Assembly (NCBI GenBank): GCA_963667015.2
Contig: CAXXJJ010000001.1
Span: 2,208,001 to 2,272,000, forward strand
Direction: 5' to 3'
DNA: 64,000 nucleotides
From: Desulfatiglandales bacterium
GTDB lineage: Bacteria; Desulfobacterota; DSM-4660; Desulfatiglandales; HGW-15
Numbering within the stretch: position 1 is the stretch's first letter; the number at the start of each line of letters is the position of its first letter. Positions 1-9,887 of this stretch are shown here, piece after piece. The position numbers and the translations under genes were made by a program. Below the pieces are notes generated by a model. The model saw nothing but the letters and a program-made list of their open reading frames with translations. It made no database searches and was not told the origin of the DNA.

Positions 1-119
1 GCAGCGCCTGTTCCGGCCGGGCCTCCCCCGACAACCAGAACATCAGTTTCTCTGTAAACGTTAACTGTGCTGGCATCTTCAATTATTTTACTGTTAGACA
101 GATCTTTTTTTTGGGGCAA
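1..119 (-). CDS. FAD-dependent oxidoreductase, N-terminus (runs off the window)
   Basis: Manual translation MPQKKDLSNSKIIEDASTVNVYRETDVLVVGGGPAGTGA with a Rossmann GxGxxG motif; TTG start preceded by AAGGA. Confidence 0.8.
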   Translation of the reverse strand, partial: MPQKKDLSNSKIIEDASTVNVYRETDVLVVGGGPAGTGA

Positions 120-137
120 AACCGGTTTCCTTGTGTT

Positions 138-2097
138 TTATTTAATATTACGCGGGCCATAGTGGGGGATATCCTGTCCCAGTTCATAGGCCCCAAGGTC
201 GGGTAAACGACCCGTGTACCCGTCATTTACGTTGGGCAGTATCATTCCTGCATCAACTGCTCCGGAACCTGCCTTCAGGCGGAAGTCCAGGTCTTCACTT
301 CTATAAAGCCTGCCGGGATTTTCGGTCGAAAGGGCAGGTACCTTTTCAAATATATCATAGTCAATCAGGATACTGTGTAAATCCTGTGCCGTGGTTTTGC
401 TGAATTCTTCCAGGGTCTTAAATCGCCGGTCTACAGGTTTTCCTGTAAAATCCGCTGTTTTATTAAAATCCGGTGACTTCCAGATAAATGAGACATCCGC
501 GCCGGGGTTTGGTCTAAAACCATTGTAATCCGAGCTTGAATAATTGGTGGCGGTTTCCATGCTGAATATTTCAGGTGCTGCTCCCTGTCCGAGAATCAGG
601 TTGTTGCGGTAATGCAGGTTGGAAGCCTGGCCCATGGAAAGCACTTCGGATGTAAAGGTATTGTGATATGCAAGAATTCCTGCACTGTTGGCAGTAAACT
701 TGACTGAGCCTCCTTCCGGAGCATGGTAAACAATGTTACGGATAAAATAGGCAGGACCTCCGAATACCGGCTGGGTACTGAGTGAACGATGGGCCTGGTT
801 AATGCATCGGTTGCGCAGTACGCGGATATTGTACATGGCCCCGTCGGCTTCTATGCAATTGTCATCTACATTGGTGATATCATTATTATAAATATCAATT
901 GATACGGGCATACGTTCCCTGACAGGCGAAGGATCCCCGTCCGGTTTTCCATAGGTTGCGTGATCAATGCCGTCGTGAAAGTTGGTCACATAGTTATAGG
1001 CAATAACATGACCTGAGCCATAAACCTTTACTGCGAGTTCCGAAGGAACCGGGGTAGGGTAGCCGGGGGTACCTTGCCATACCTTCCCGATCCAGCCCTC
1101 GAGCCTTTCCGGATGGCTTTTACCGATAAAGATATTATCGGCAATGAAAAAGTTTTTTGACCCTGACCAGTCCGTATATATGCCCACGCCCGATATTTTC
1201 CAGACGGCAGTTTTTGACTGTCAGCCCTACTGTTCCGGTCAGACCCTTGTGCCCGGCCTCAAAGGCCACTTCAGTGTTTCGAATGGTAAGACCCTCAAAG
1301 TACAGATAATCGGATGCCATTACATCAAAGAGGACATGATTTCCATTGCCGTCAAAAATTACTTCCCCGTCTCCTGCCGACATTATGGCAATGGGTTTTT
1401 CCGCTGTTCCGCTCTGGCGAAATCGATAGGTTCCGTCAAAGAGCAGGCCCAGCTGGTTGGCATATTTATAACGATCGTCTTTATAGATACCTGCATGCAC
1501 CAGGATCGTATCTCCGGGTTTTACCCTTGGCGGATAGGCATTAAACCAGTCCGCACCGTTTGCACTGGTATAAAAGGCTCCTAAAAGACCGGTGAATGAA
1601 GGTGCCTGCTTTTCACCTTTAAATCCCGGAGGGTATACATGAAAAACCCGTCCACCTTTAAATGGTTGTGGTTCGGGCCGGGTCCGGACAAAGAATTGAT
1701 GCTGATCGGTATTTTCCACACCATCAGGATCGGTCAGCCTGAGTTTTACTTCATATTCCGTATCCGGCTTTAAATCCATGATGCTGCCTGCAAACATGTT
1801 AGGTACAGTGTAGTCAAAGGCATTGTATGTGTTTATCAGCTCCTCGTTCTGTAACCGCAGAAGAGGAAGGGCTTCCTGCCAATCCTTCTCTCCCCTGAGC
1901 CGGTATCGCACTGAAACTGCAGCATTGCGGTTGCTGTCACCGTCAATATACCATTCAAAACCGAGAGATATGAGTGTAGGAGGTTCTATAACAAACTCTC
2001 CGGAATAAACCCTGTTGTCTAGGTTACTTGAAAAAGCAGGAAGTGAAAGAGGCAGAAATACGGATATGCACATCAATAGAAAATATTTAGTCTTCAT
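138..2097 (-). CDS. Secreted right-handed beta-helix protein, split by a 1-nt frameshift at about 1183-1191
   Basis: ORFs 1135..2097 and 138..1187 align end to end with the intact paralog 11666..13759 (EPPTL..LGFEWYI, WSGSKNF, PDLGAxE..P.YGPR); removing one base from a C3 run restores the frame. Confidence 0.8.
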
Positions 2098-2194
2098 GAT
2101 TACTCTAAAAAATATTGTTTTGTATTAATTTTATTCATAATGCTTCCATTGAAAACTTTAAAATCTTTTATTCAACCCATGATTTCATCCGGTA

Positions 2195-3985
2195 TCAGTT
2201 CAGTTCTATAACCGGGAGTGTCAGATAGGAACTGTGAGTTGAATCGTGATACACTGCAACTGTCGGAGCAGGATCAATCACCGGGGTTGTACGGTCTGCA
2301 AAATTGATCACAAGACGTATACGATGACCTGCCTTGAAAACCATGGATACAGGCAGTATATCAAACTGGAGCTCTGCAGGTTCACCGGGCGTAAGGGGTG
2401 TCACATCCTCCTCATAGGATCGGTGCCATGGTAAACCAAGATTATTGTAGGGCGGATCATCAAGCTTCCTTAATGAGGCCCTTAGCCTTCCCTGAACGTT
2501 ATATGATCTGGCCGTACCGTCAGGCGCAACATCCTGAATGGTGGCAAGAAAATCCCCGTCTGTAGAGGTTGACGATACCCAGAGGCTGATAGCGGGGTGG
2601 CCAGTGACCTGGAGATCAGAGCTGAGCGGTGCAGTCTCGTATATGAGTCCGCCCGGGGGCAGCTGACCGCGTGGAGCCGGCTGGTATGAAACGGTTGTTT
2701 CGCTTTTCGAATCAGCTTCCCCGGGTACTGCTGTTTCAAGTGTGCCGTTGCCCAGATAGTATCTGACCCTTTTTTCTTCCTGCAGGGGCCACTGTTTTGC
2801 AGAACGCCACTCGGATCCGGCAGGGGCATTGTATGTGTAGTAATATACTCGATCTTCATCCATTATTCCGTTCTTAATGCTTTTGAGCCAGTAATCAAAG
2901 AAACGGCGCTCTTCGATTGTGATATCAAACCCGGTATTTTTTTCCACTGCCATCCAGCCGCAGTGTCCTTCGGGACCCACGATAAGTTTTGCGGGACCGG
3001 TTACGTTGTTGAATGTAAAGAAAGCACCGTGTTTTGTGGGGCCTTCGTCCCAGTTTGCCGCCAGGTACATTGCGATGCCTGAAGAGTTGATTTTATCAAG
3101 GTATGTATGGGGGCTGCTTTTAAGCCACCAGGGCTGGGAAGTCGGATCAGTGATAGCCTCGGCAAAGCTGTCCCGATAGGGCGTGTAACCCGGATTTTCA
3201 ACCGATCCTTCATGCTCTGCTATGGCTTCTTTCAGCATGGACCCGTCAGTATCTGCATCCACCGGTGTTGCCACTGCATCCCGGGCTTCCCTGGAAGACA
3301 TTGCCTGTGTGGTAGTGCCCTTGGATGGAGCCATGCCGCCAGGGACACGAAAGGGATAGACATCATATTCGCAGCTCATGGGAAATACTGCCTTCAAATG
3401 GGGCGGAGCAGTTGTTGCAGCCTGCATCTGGCTGCCGCCTGTGGCGGAACAGCCCCACATGCCGATATTGCCGTTGCTCCATGGCTGTTTCGCGAGCCAT
3501 TCGGTAATATCATATGCATCCTTGCGCGCGGCAGTAATCCATTCGCCCCGGTTGTATGCCTCGTTATGTCCATATGAGGCATAGAGTCCCCGATAATCCG
3601 CGGTTGCCACCACATAGCCGTACTTGATGAGCCTTGCCGCTGTTCCGGGATAGGTTTCAACCGTAAGGGCTCCCTGGTTATTTGTATGCCTGCGGTTATA
3701 GGGTGTATGCATCCATATGACAGGAAGGGGTGTCTCGATTACTTTTCCGGTTGCTTTATCCTTTGGGCGGTATATATCCACGGCGATTTTTGTGCCGTCA
3801 CTCACCGGGACATACTGAGATGTAATATCATATTCATCACTGTAGATCACATCACTGTAGCCTGCATATTCGCCCGGGCTGGAGACTTGGTCCACGGTGG
3901 GTGTGTTATTGTTCGCACATGAAAGTATAAAAATACATAAAACTAAGGCTGCATATACAGAATATTTTTTCATTTTGTCTCTCAT
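2195..3985 (-). CDS. CocE/NonD family hydrolase (peptidase S15-like), lipoprotein
   Basis: TPY motif, WLAKQPWSNGNIGMWGCSATG nucleophile region, C-terminal FKAGHRIRL domain; lipobox ILSC. Confidence 0.9.
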   Translation of the reverse strand: MRDKMKKYSVYAALVLCIFILSCANNNTPTVDQVSSPGEYAGYSDVIYSDEYDITSQYVPVSDGTKIAVDIYRPKDKATGKVIETPLPVIWMHTPYNRRHTNNQGALTVETYPGTAARLIKYGYVVATADYRGLYASYGHNEAYNRGEWITAARKDAYDITEWLAKQPWSNGNIGMWGCSATGGSQMQAATTAPPHLKAVFPMSCEYDVYPFRVPGGMAPSKGTTTQAMSSREARDAVATPVDADTDGSMLKEAIAEHEGSVENPGYTPYRDSFAEAITDPTSQPWWLKSSPHTYLDKINSSGIAMYLAANWDEGPTKHGAFFTFNNVTGPAKLIVGPEGHCGWMAVEKNTGFDITIEERRFFDYWLKSIKNGIMDEDRVYYYTYNAPAGSEWRSAKQWPLQEEKRVRYYLGNGTLETAVPGEADSKSETTVSYQPAPRGQLPPGGLIYETAPLSSDLQVTGHPAISLWVSSTSTDGDFLATIQDVAPDGTARSYNVQGRLRASLRKLDDPPYNNLGLPWHRSYEEDVTPLTPGEPAELQFDILPVSMVFKAGHRIRLVINFADRTTPVIDPAPTVAVYHDSTHSSYLTLPVIELN

Positions 3986-3986
3986 A

Positions 3987-5606
3987 TTATTTAACTAGAA
4001 TCTGGCGTATTGTTTCATAGGGCCTTTCCACCACACGGCTTTCGGTGTCAAAGACCATGGTGCTGCGTTTTTCCCTTGAATAAGCCGGCCACTGCGGAAG
4101 CCCCTCTATATTGGGGTTGCCGGTGCGTACAAATTTAATCCATACCGAACTCATAAGATCTGCCATACGCTGAGGCTCCGGTCCGGGACCTACCATGCTT
4201 CTGTTTGTTTCGACATTGTCGAATACCAGTGGAACATCCAGTGCGTGATGCGCACGGAGCCGTCCATTATCGGCAAGGGTTTCCCAGACCATGAGGTAGA
4301 CATAAACCGGGGCTCCTTCCAGGGCGGCTTTTCGTTCTGCCTGAAATGTGGTTGCAATAAAATACCCCTTCAGGGAATCTGTGGCTGTAATGAGATAGGT
4401 CGGAGAGTAATCCGGAAAGGCAGAACGCAGGGCAGGAATAAATTCATCAGCCTTGGTTGGCAGGACCGTGCGGACATGTTCAACAAATTCTTCATCCGTG
4501 TATTTTCCGAATTTCGGATTGTTTCCCTGGAAAATAGCCATTTCATCCTTGTTTGAACCGATCATAAGGGGAACATCGGCCGATATCTCCGGGGCATCAG
4601 GTATAAATGGTTTGCGCTTAAGGGCTATGCCGTCTATACATGGAACAAAGCCTCCGACTGGAACCGTAAGCTGGCCGGTTGGGGATGGCGGAGAAGGCGG
4701 CATAGAAGGCTGGGCCTTAAAAATGCTCTGGGCATCCGCGTTCATTAGAGCCTCAACATCTCCTCCCGCAATTCCCAGGTTTTTCAGAAGATCACGTCCC
4801 AGTGCCACTGCATCTGCCTTTGAAGGTGCATCCAGCCCTGATCCGCTTTGAATAATGGCTTTATGAAAAAGGCCCTTAGCCGGGTCCATTGCCATAAGCA
4901 TGGCCACCTTGCGTCCTCCTCCGCTTTCGCCGAATATGGTGACATTGCCAGGATCCCCCCCGAAACCCTCGATATTATCCTTTACCCATTTGAGACTCAT
5001 GACAATGTCAAGCATACCGGCCTGGCCGGAGGATACATACTCCGGCCCCCATTCTTCACCAAGCTGCAGAAAACCGAAGACATTCAGACGATGGTTTACC
5101 GTGACTACGACGACATCCCCTTTGCGGGAAAGATTTTTACCGTTACAGAAGTCATCGCCCCCGGAACCGGAGGAAAACCCTCCGCCATGCAGCCAGACCA
5201 TGACCGGGCGCTTTTTTTTATCAAGTCCCGGTGACCATACATTAAGGAACAGGCAGTCTTCATCCGGTTTCTGCAGGCCTGAGGCAGGCCCGCCCGGGCC
5301 GGAACCCTGCATGGCCCTGTTGCCGTACTCAGAGGCGTCTGCCGGCTCGGTCCAGGAGACTGGGGGGACAGGCGGCTTGAACCTTAGTTTGCCGACAGGA
5401 GCAGCAGCATAACGGAGACCTTTAAAACTATATATCCCGTCCTCATTAAGGCCGCGGACAGGACCGTTGGATGTCTCCACCAGGTTTGGTTCGGATTCCG
5501 ACACGGGCGAAGGGACATCAGACCTGCAACCCGAAAACATGGCTGTTAAAATAAAAATTACTGCTGTGAAAATATAAAAAGGGTGAATTTTTATGGGGAG
5601 TTTCAT
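3987..5606 (-). CDS. Type-B carboxylesterase (PnbA-like), lipoprotein
   Basis: EDCLFLNVW, HGGGF and GDPGNVTIFGESGG motifs; lipobox FSGC. Confidence 0.92.
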   Translation of the reverse strand: MKLPIKIHPFYIFTAVIFILTAMFSGCRSDVPSPVSESEPNLVETSNGPVRGLNEDGIYSFKGLRYAAAPVGKLRFKPPVPPVSWTEPADASEYGNRAMQGSGPGGPASGLQKPDEDCLFLNVWSPGLDKKKRPVMVWLHGGGFSSGSGGDDFCNGKNLSRKGDVVVVTVNHRLNVFGFLQLGEEWGPEYVSSGQAGMLDIVMSLKWVKDNIEGFGGDPGNVTIFGESGGGRKVAMLMAMDPAKGLFHKAIIQSGSGLDAPSKADAVALGRDLLKNLGIAGGDVEALMNADAQSIFKAQPSMPPSPPSPTGQLTVPVGGFVPCIDGIALKRKPFIPDAPEISADVPLMIGSNKDEMAIFQGNNPKFGKYTDEEFVEHVRTVLPTKADEFIPALRSAFPDYSPTYLITATDSLKGYFIATTFQAERKAALEGAPVYVYLMVWETLADNGRLRAHHALDVPLVFDNVETNRSMVGPGPEPQRMADLMSSVWIKFVRTGNPNIEGLPQWPAYSREKRSTMVFDTESRVVERPYETIRQILVK

Positions 5607-5810
5607 CGCGTCCTCGCTTAAAATTCGGAGATTGGATTTAAATGTAAGGAATTGCTCGGATAATATAAAATATTTTCACAAATACTAAATTTATAGGCAA
5701 TTATCTTTAAATAATGTATATAGGTATACAAAAGACTTAATAGTGTCAATAAAAATGTCGACGCATTATAAAGCGGCCTGATATATTTATCCCGATCAAA
5801 GAGGAATGCT

Positions 5811-7484
5811 ATGCCCTGTGAGAAACGTAATAGGTTTACTGAAATTCTATTTTTTGCGGTTGTCATTATTTTGCTTTTTCTGACTGCATCAGCACCCGCT
5901 GCAGGACAAAATGAAAAAAACAGTGAAGGAATCTATTCTGTTCTTGATCCGCGCGGTATCTGGCCGAGGATCGAACGTATTCCATTGAGTCCCAGGCTGT
6001 CATCTCTTAAGGGAAGACGGATCTATATGATCAATTCCTGGGGAAGCGGCACAGGATTTGAAACCTTTTTTTTAAAGATTAAGAAGAAATTACAGGAAAG
6101 CTATCCTGATATTGCAGTCACAATCAAGGGCCGCATTACAGGATATTCTCAGGATGATCCCGAGCTCTGGAAGGAGATGCTGGACAAAGCCGATGCATTC
6201 ATCTATGCGGGCGCACCATCTTCCTCCACTACTTCCTATGCCTTTAAGTGGTCGGCAAAACTGGAAAAATCCGGACTGCCGGGTGCAGTACTGATGTTTG
6301 ATACCCTGTTAAGTGTTGCTGATACCACCCGAAGCCGGGAGGGCGCAGAGGTTCGCTTTACAGCGATCCCCTATCCCGCAGAGACAATGAACCAGTCTCA
6401 GGAAGACAGGGCTATTGATGATATCCTTGCATGCCTGATCCTTCCGCTCAATGATAAGGAACAAAGAAAGGGTTACATCGAGACGCCAAAAAGACCGAGG
6501 ATTATTACCTGCGGAACCCTTGATGAAATTCAGGAATATTTTCATACTCAGGGTATGACAGACGGTCTGCCTGTTATTCCGCCAACCGGGGATCGCGTTG
6601 CAGAGATGCTGAAGGGCACGAGCCTCGATCCCAAAACCGTGGTTATAAACGCCATGATGCCGGAGGGCCTGGGTGTAACCGTGGAAAAAGTCGCCATCAA
6701 TGCGGTAATGGCCGGTTGTGAACCCCGCCATATGCCGGTGCTCCTCGCTACTCTGGAGGCATACGGCAAGCATAACCTTAACTCCCTTGTTCGCTCAACA
6801 AATGCATTCTCTTTTATGCAGGTTGTGAACGGCCCCATCCGGCAGGAGCTGGGCATGAACGCGGGCACTTCTGTTCTGTGCCCTGGAAATTATGCCAACG
6901 CTGTTCTGGGGCGCGCCCTGCGCCTGTTTATAATTAATCTGGGGGGAGGCGTTACCGGTATAAACATGATGGCGGTTGTGGGCAACATCAGCACCTGGCC
7001 CTTTCTTTTTCCCGAGTTTGAAGAAGAAAGTCCATGGCAGCCATTCAGCATATCGCAGGGCTATAAACCGGAAGACAACACGCTCACAATGTTTATCGGC
7101 GGCTGGGCGCACGCCGGTAATTACGGCCATGTGCGCTTTACCCTTGACCATGTGGCCGCAGATATTGCCGAATTTGAGTTCCCCATGGGTGCAGTAATTA
7201 TCATATCGCCCAAGCGTGCCGAGATGTTAAATGCAGAGGGATTTACAAAACAGAAAATAGCCGATTACCTGGTTGAACATGCAGTAAAACCTCTGGGTGA
7301 ATTAAGGACCTCCCATTATTTCAGGGATACACCGGAGACTGAAGGGAAACCTGACAGCTTCCTGCATCAGGTATTTAAACCTGGTACCATCGATATTGTT
7401 GTAGCAGGCGGTAATGCCAGCCCAATGATGCAGGCATGGCATATGTACAGGCCGGTGACCGTTTCCATTGACAGATGGAGATAG
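5811..7484 (+). CDS. UGSC-like thioredoxin-fold domain fused to a TDGLPxxPPT/NAVMAGC domain, with predicted signal peptide
   Basis: LSPRLSSLKGRRI N-terminal motif; TDGLPVIPPT, KVAINAVMAGC, NAVLGRALRL and IDIVVAGG match the uncharacterised UGSC-associated family. Confidence 0.65.
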   Translation: MPCEKRNRFTEILFFAVVIILLFLTASAPAAGQNEKNSEGIYSVLDPRGIWPRIERIPLSPRLSSLKGRRIYMINSWGSGTGFETFFLKIKKKLQESYPDIAVTIKGRITGYSQDDPELWKEMLDKADAFIYAGAPSSSTTSYAFKWSAKLEKSGLPGAVLMFDTLLSVADTTRSREGAEVRFTAIPYPAETMNQSQEDRAIDDILACLILPLNDKEQRKGYIETPKRPRIITCGTLDEIQEYFHTQGMTDGLPVIPPTGDRVAEMLKGTSLDPKTVVINAMMPEGLGVTVEKVAINAVMAGCEPRHMPVLLATLEAYGKHNLNSLVRSTNAFSFMQVVNGPIRQELGMNAGTSVLCPGNYANAVLGRALRLFIINLGGGVTGINMMAVVGNISTWPFLFPEFEEESPWQPFSISQGYKPEDNTLTMFIGGWAHAGNYGHVRFTLDHVAADIAEFEFPMGAVIIISPKRAEMLNAEGFTKQKIADYLVEHAVKPLGELRTSHYFRDTPETEGKPDSFLHQVFKPGTIDIVVAGGNASPMMQAWHMYRPVTVSIDRWR

Positions 7485-7522
7485 GTGCTTTGAAAATATT
7501 AAACCAGCGGAGATTTAAGACT

Positions 7523-9688
7523 ATGAATAAAATAACATTAAAAACAGCAATCTGGCTTGCAACAGCGGCACTGGTTACTATTACCTTATTTTCCTGTGGC
7601 TCAGACAAGCCGGATAATACGGACAAGCAGGTTGATTCCGGTAAACCGGTTAATTCGGATAAATCCGGGGATTTTACTGTAAGGATAACGGACAAGCCCC
7701 TGACATTCTGCAATCCCCTTAATATTGCGGTCGGGTCGGAAAGGGCGCGAAGGGCAGGGGAGCCTGTCGTAGTCCTTCACCAGGATGATTATTACCTCTT
7801 TATTACCGGCGGAAGGGGTTACTGGTATTCCGGTAATATGAGAGACTGGACCTATGTTGAGGCGCCGATGCTTCCATGGGGTTGTCCTTCTGTCGTGAGT
7901 GACGGTGAAAAATTAATCTATTCCGGGGACAAAGGCCAGCATGAAGTGTTTGCAAGCACTGACCCGAAGAAGGGTGCCTGGACAAAAGTCGGTGAATACC
8001 AGCGGGATTACGGCGATGCTGACATGTTTATCGATGATGACGGCCGGTATTATATGTACTGGGGCTGGTCACAGCTTTTACCCTTTCAGGCGGTTGAACT
8101 GGATCCGGATAACGGATTTAAGGAAAAGGGAGAGCCTGTAACACTGTTCTTCGGCGATTATGAGTCACACGGCTTTGAAAGGCGAAGGAACGAAGATGTG
8201 ATTTTCCCGTTTTTTGACCATAGAGAATACTTCCCTGAAGAATCACCATGGATAGAAGGGCCGTGGATGATAAAACACAAGGGGAAATATTATCTGCAGT
8301 ATGCAGCGATCGGTCTTGAATTTTTAACCTATTCCCATGGTGTATATGTTGGTGACAGCCCTCTCGGGCCCTTTAAATATTCACCCCATAATCCCCTGAC
8401 ATTCAAGACAACCGGGTTTGCCCCGGGGGCAGGTCATGGCAGCACCTTTCACGATAAAAACGGGCAGCTATGGACCATCTGTATGATTCCTTCATTCTAT
8501 GGAGGAAGGGGAGGCGGTGAGATCGTTCTGTTTCCTACTGCCGTGGATGCCGAGGGTGTAATGCATTCCAATACGGCATTCGGCGATTATCCCCAGTACC
8601 ATCCCGGTATAAAGGAGAATGCGGTTGATAATAACTTTACCGGATGGATGCTTCTGTCCCTTAAAAAATATGTAGAGGTGTCATCCTCCATTAAAGGTTT
8701 CGGACCGGAAAATGCCGTGGATGAAAATTTCATGACTCACTGGGCGGCCGCAACCGGTGACCCGGGAGAATATATGACCGTGGATCTGGGAAAGGAATGC
8801 GATATATATGCCCTGCAGGTCAATTTTGATCAGCATGATGCAAAGGTGGAAGGATCGGGCTTCGGTTTTGGCATGGGCGGTAAAAACCTTACCCGCTACC
8901 AGTCATATACGATCCTCGTATCAGATGATAACAAAAACTGGTCCATGCTTATTGATAAAAGCAATAATCCAGAAGATCTGAGGCATGATTACATGGAGCT
9001 TTCAGAACCGGTAAAGGCAAGGTACGTAAAACTGGCCAATGTCTTTACTCATGACGAAGGAAAATTTGCAGTAAAGGATTTTCGTATATTCGGTAACCCG
9101 GATGCCGCCGGGATTACAGAGGTTAAGGATGTGATGATTGTCCGCGATCCGGATGATCCCCGTGATGTGACCCTGACCTGGCAGCCGGTTAAAGGGGCAG
9201 ACGGCTACGTGGTCCGCTACGGTATTGAGCCTGAAAAACTATATAACAACTATATGGTTTATGACGGCTATTCCCTGACTATCCACAGCCTTAACAGGGA
9301 TGAAAAGTATTATTTCAAGGTTGAGGCATTTGACAGCGGAACGGATTATTACAGGGAAAGAACAGAGCGGACCATGGGAAGGGGAGCGGAAATTGAGTTT
9401 CTCAGAGGACGGGAAATGGTTGAAAGAAAGATGATTATTGAAGATATAAATGAGTATGTCTTTGAAAATGTTGTCCCTGGTGAATATACATTAAGGCATA
9501 CCTTCGGTCCTGTAATGTGGAGTGGAGAGCTTACCAAAGCCCATTTGATCGGACCAGGTAATCAGGCTACGATAACAGAGTTTCTTTCCGATCTTGGAAC
9601 AGGGACAGAAATTCGCGGAAAAATGGATATGCAGATCATTCCCGGAAAAGAGAGCGGTAAATTAATAGTGACTTTAAGATATGATTAA
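7523..9688 (+). CDS. GH43 glycoside hydrolase with F5/8-type C (CBM32-like) and FN3 domains, lipoprotein
   Basis: TFCNPLNI, MFIDDDGRYY, WIEGPW and GAGHGS; discoidin motifs VDLG and ARYVKL; FN3 region; start placed at ATG 7523 before lipobox FSC. Confidence 0.88.
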   Translation: MNKITLKTAIWLATAALVTITLFSCGSDKPDNTDKQVDSGKPVNSDKSGDFTVRITDKPLTFCNPLNIAVGSERARRAGEPVVVLHQDDYYLFITGGRGYWYSGNMRDWTYVEAPMLPWGCPSVVSDGEKLIYSGDKGQHEVFASTDPKKGAWTKVGEYQRDYGDADMFIDDDGRYYMYWGWSQLLPFQAVELDPDNGFKEKGEPVTLFFGDYESHGFERRRNEDVIFPFFDHREYFPEESPWIEGPWMIKHKGKYYLQYAAIGLEFLTYSHGVYVGDSPLGPFKYSPHNPLTFKTTGFAPGAGHGSTFHDKNGQLWTICMIPSFYGGRGGGEIVLFPTAVDAEGVMHSNTAFGDYPQYHPGIKENAVDNNFTGWMLLSLKKYVEVSSSIKGFGPENAVDENFMTHWAAATGDPGEYMTVDLGKECDIYALQVNFDQHDAKVEGSGFGFGMGGKNLTRYQSYTILVSDDNKNWSMLIDKSNNPEDLRHDYMELSEPVKARYVKLANVFTHDEGKFAVKDFRIFGNPDAAGITEVKDVMIVRDPDDPRDVTLTWQPVKGADGYVVRYGIEPEKLYNNYMVYDGYSLTIHSLNRDEKYYFKVEAFDSGTDYYRERTERTMGRGAEIEFLRGREMVERKMIIEDINEYVFENVVPGEYTLRHTFGPVMWSGELTKAHLIGPGNQATITEFLSDLGTGTEIRGKMDMQIIPGKESGKLIVTLRYD

Positions 9689-9887
9689 TCCCACTCACGG
9701 GATATATGTAAATGGGGGCTGGTGATCAGTCCCCATAGCCTGACTGTGTTGTTGACATTAAGTCGGGTATGGGTAGAATAGGAGACATTGAAATCTTTAT
9801 GCTCGGATTTCTTCCTTACGTCAGTATTTTCTTGTTTAAGATTGTCAAAGCCACATCCTGAAACCCGCTTCAAACAGGAGGTAATGT

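Noticed and set aside
5811..7484. Selenoprotein
   Set aside because: No in-frame TGA; the motif position holds Pro/Ser
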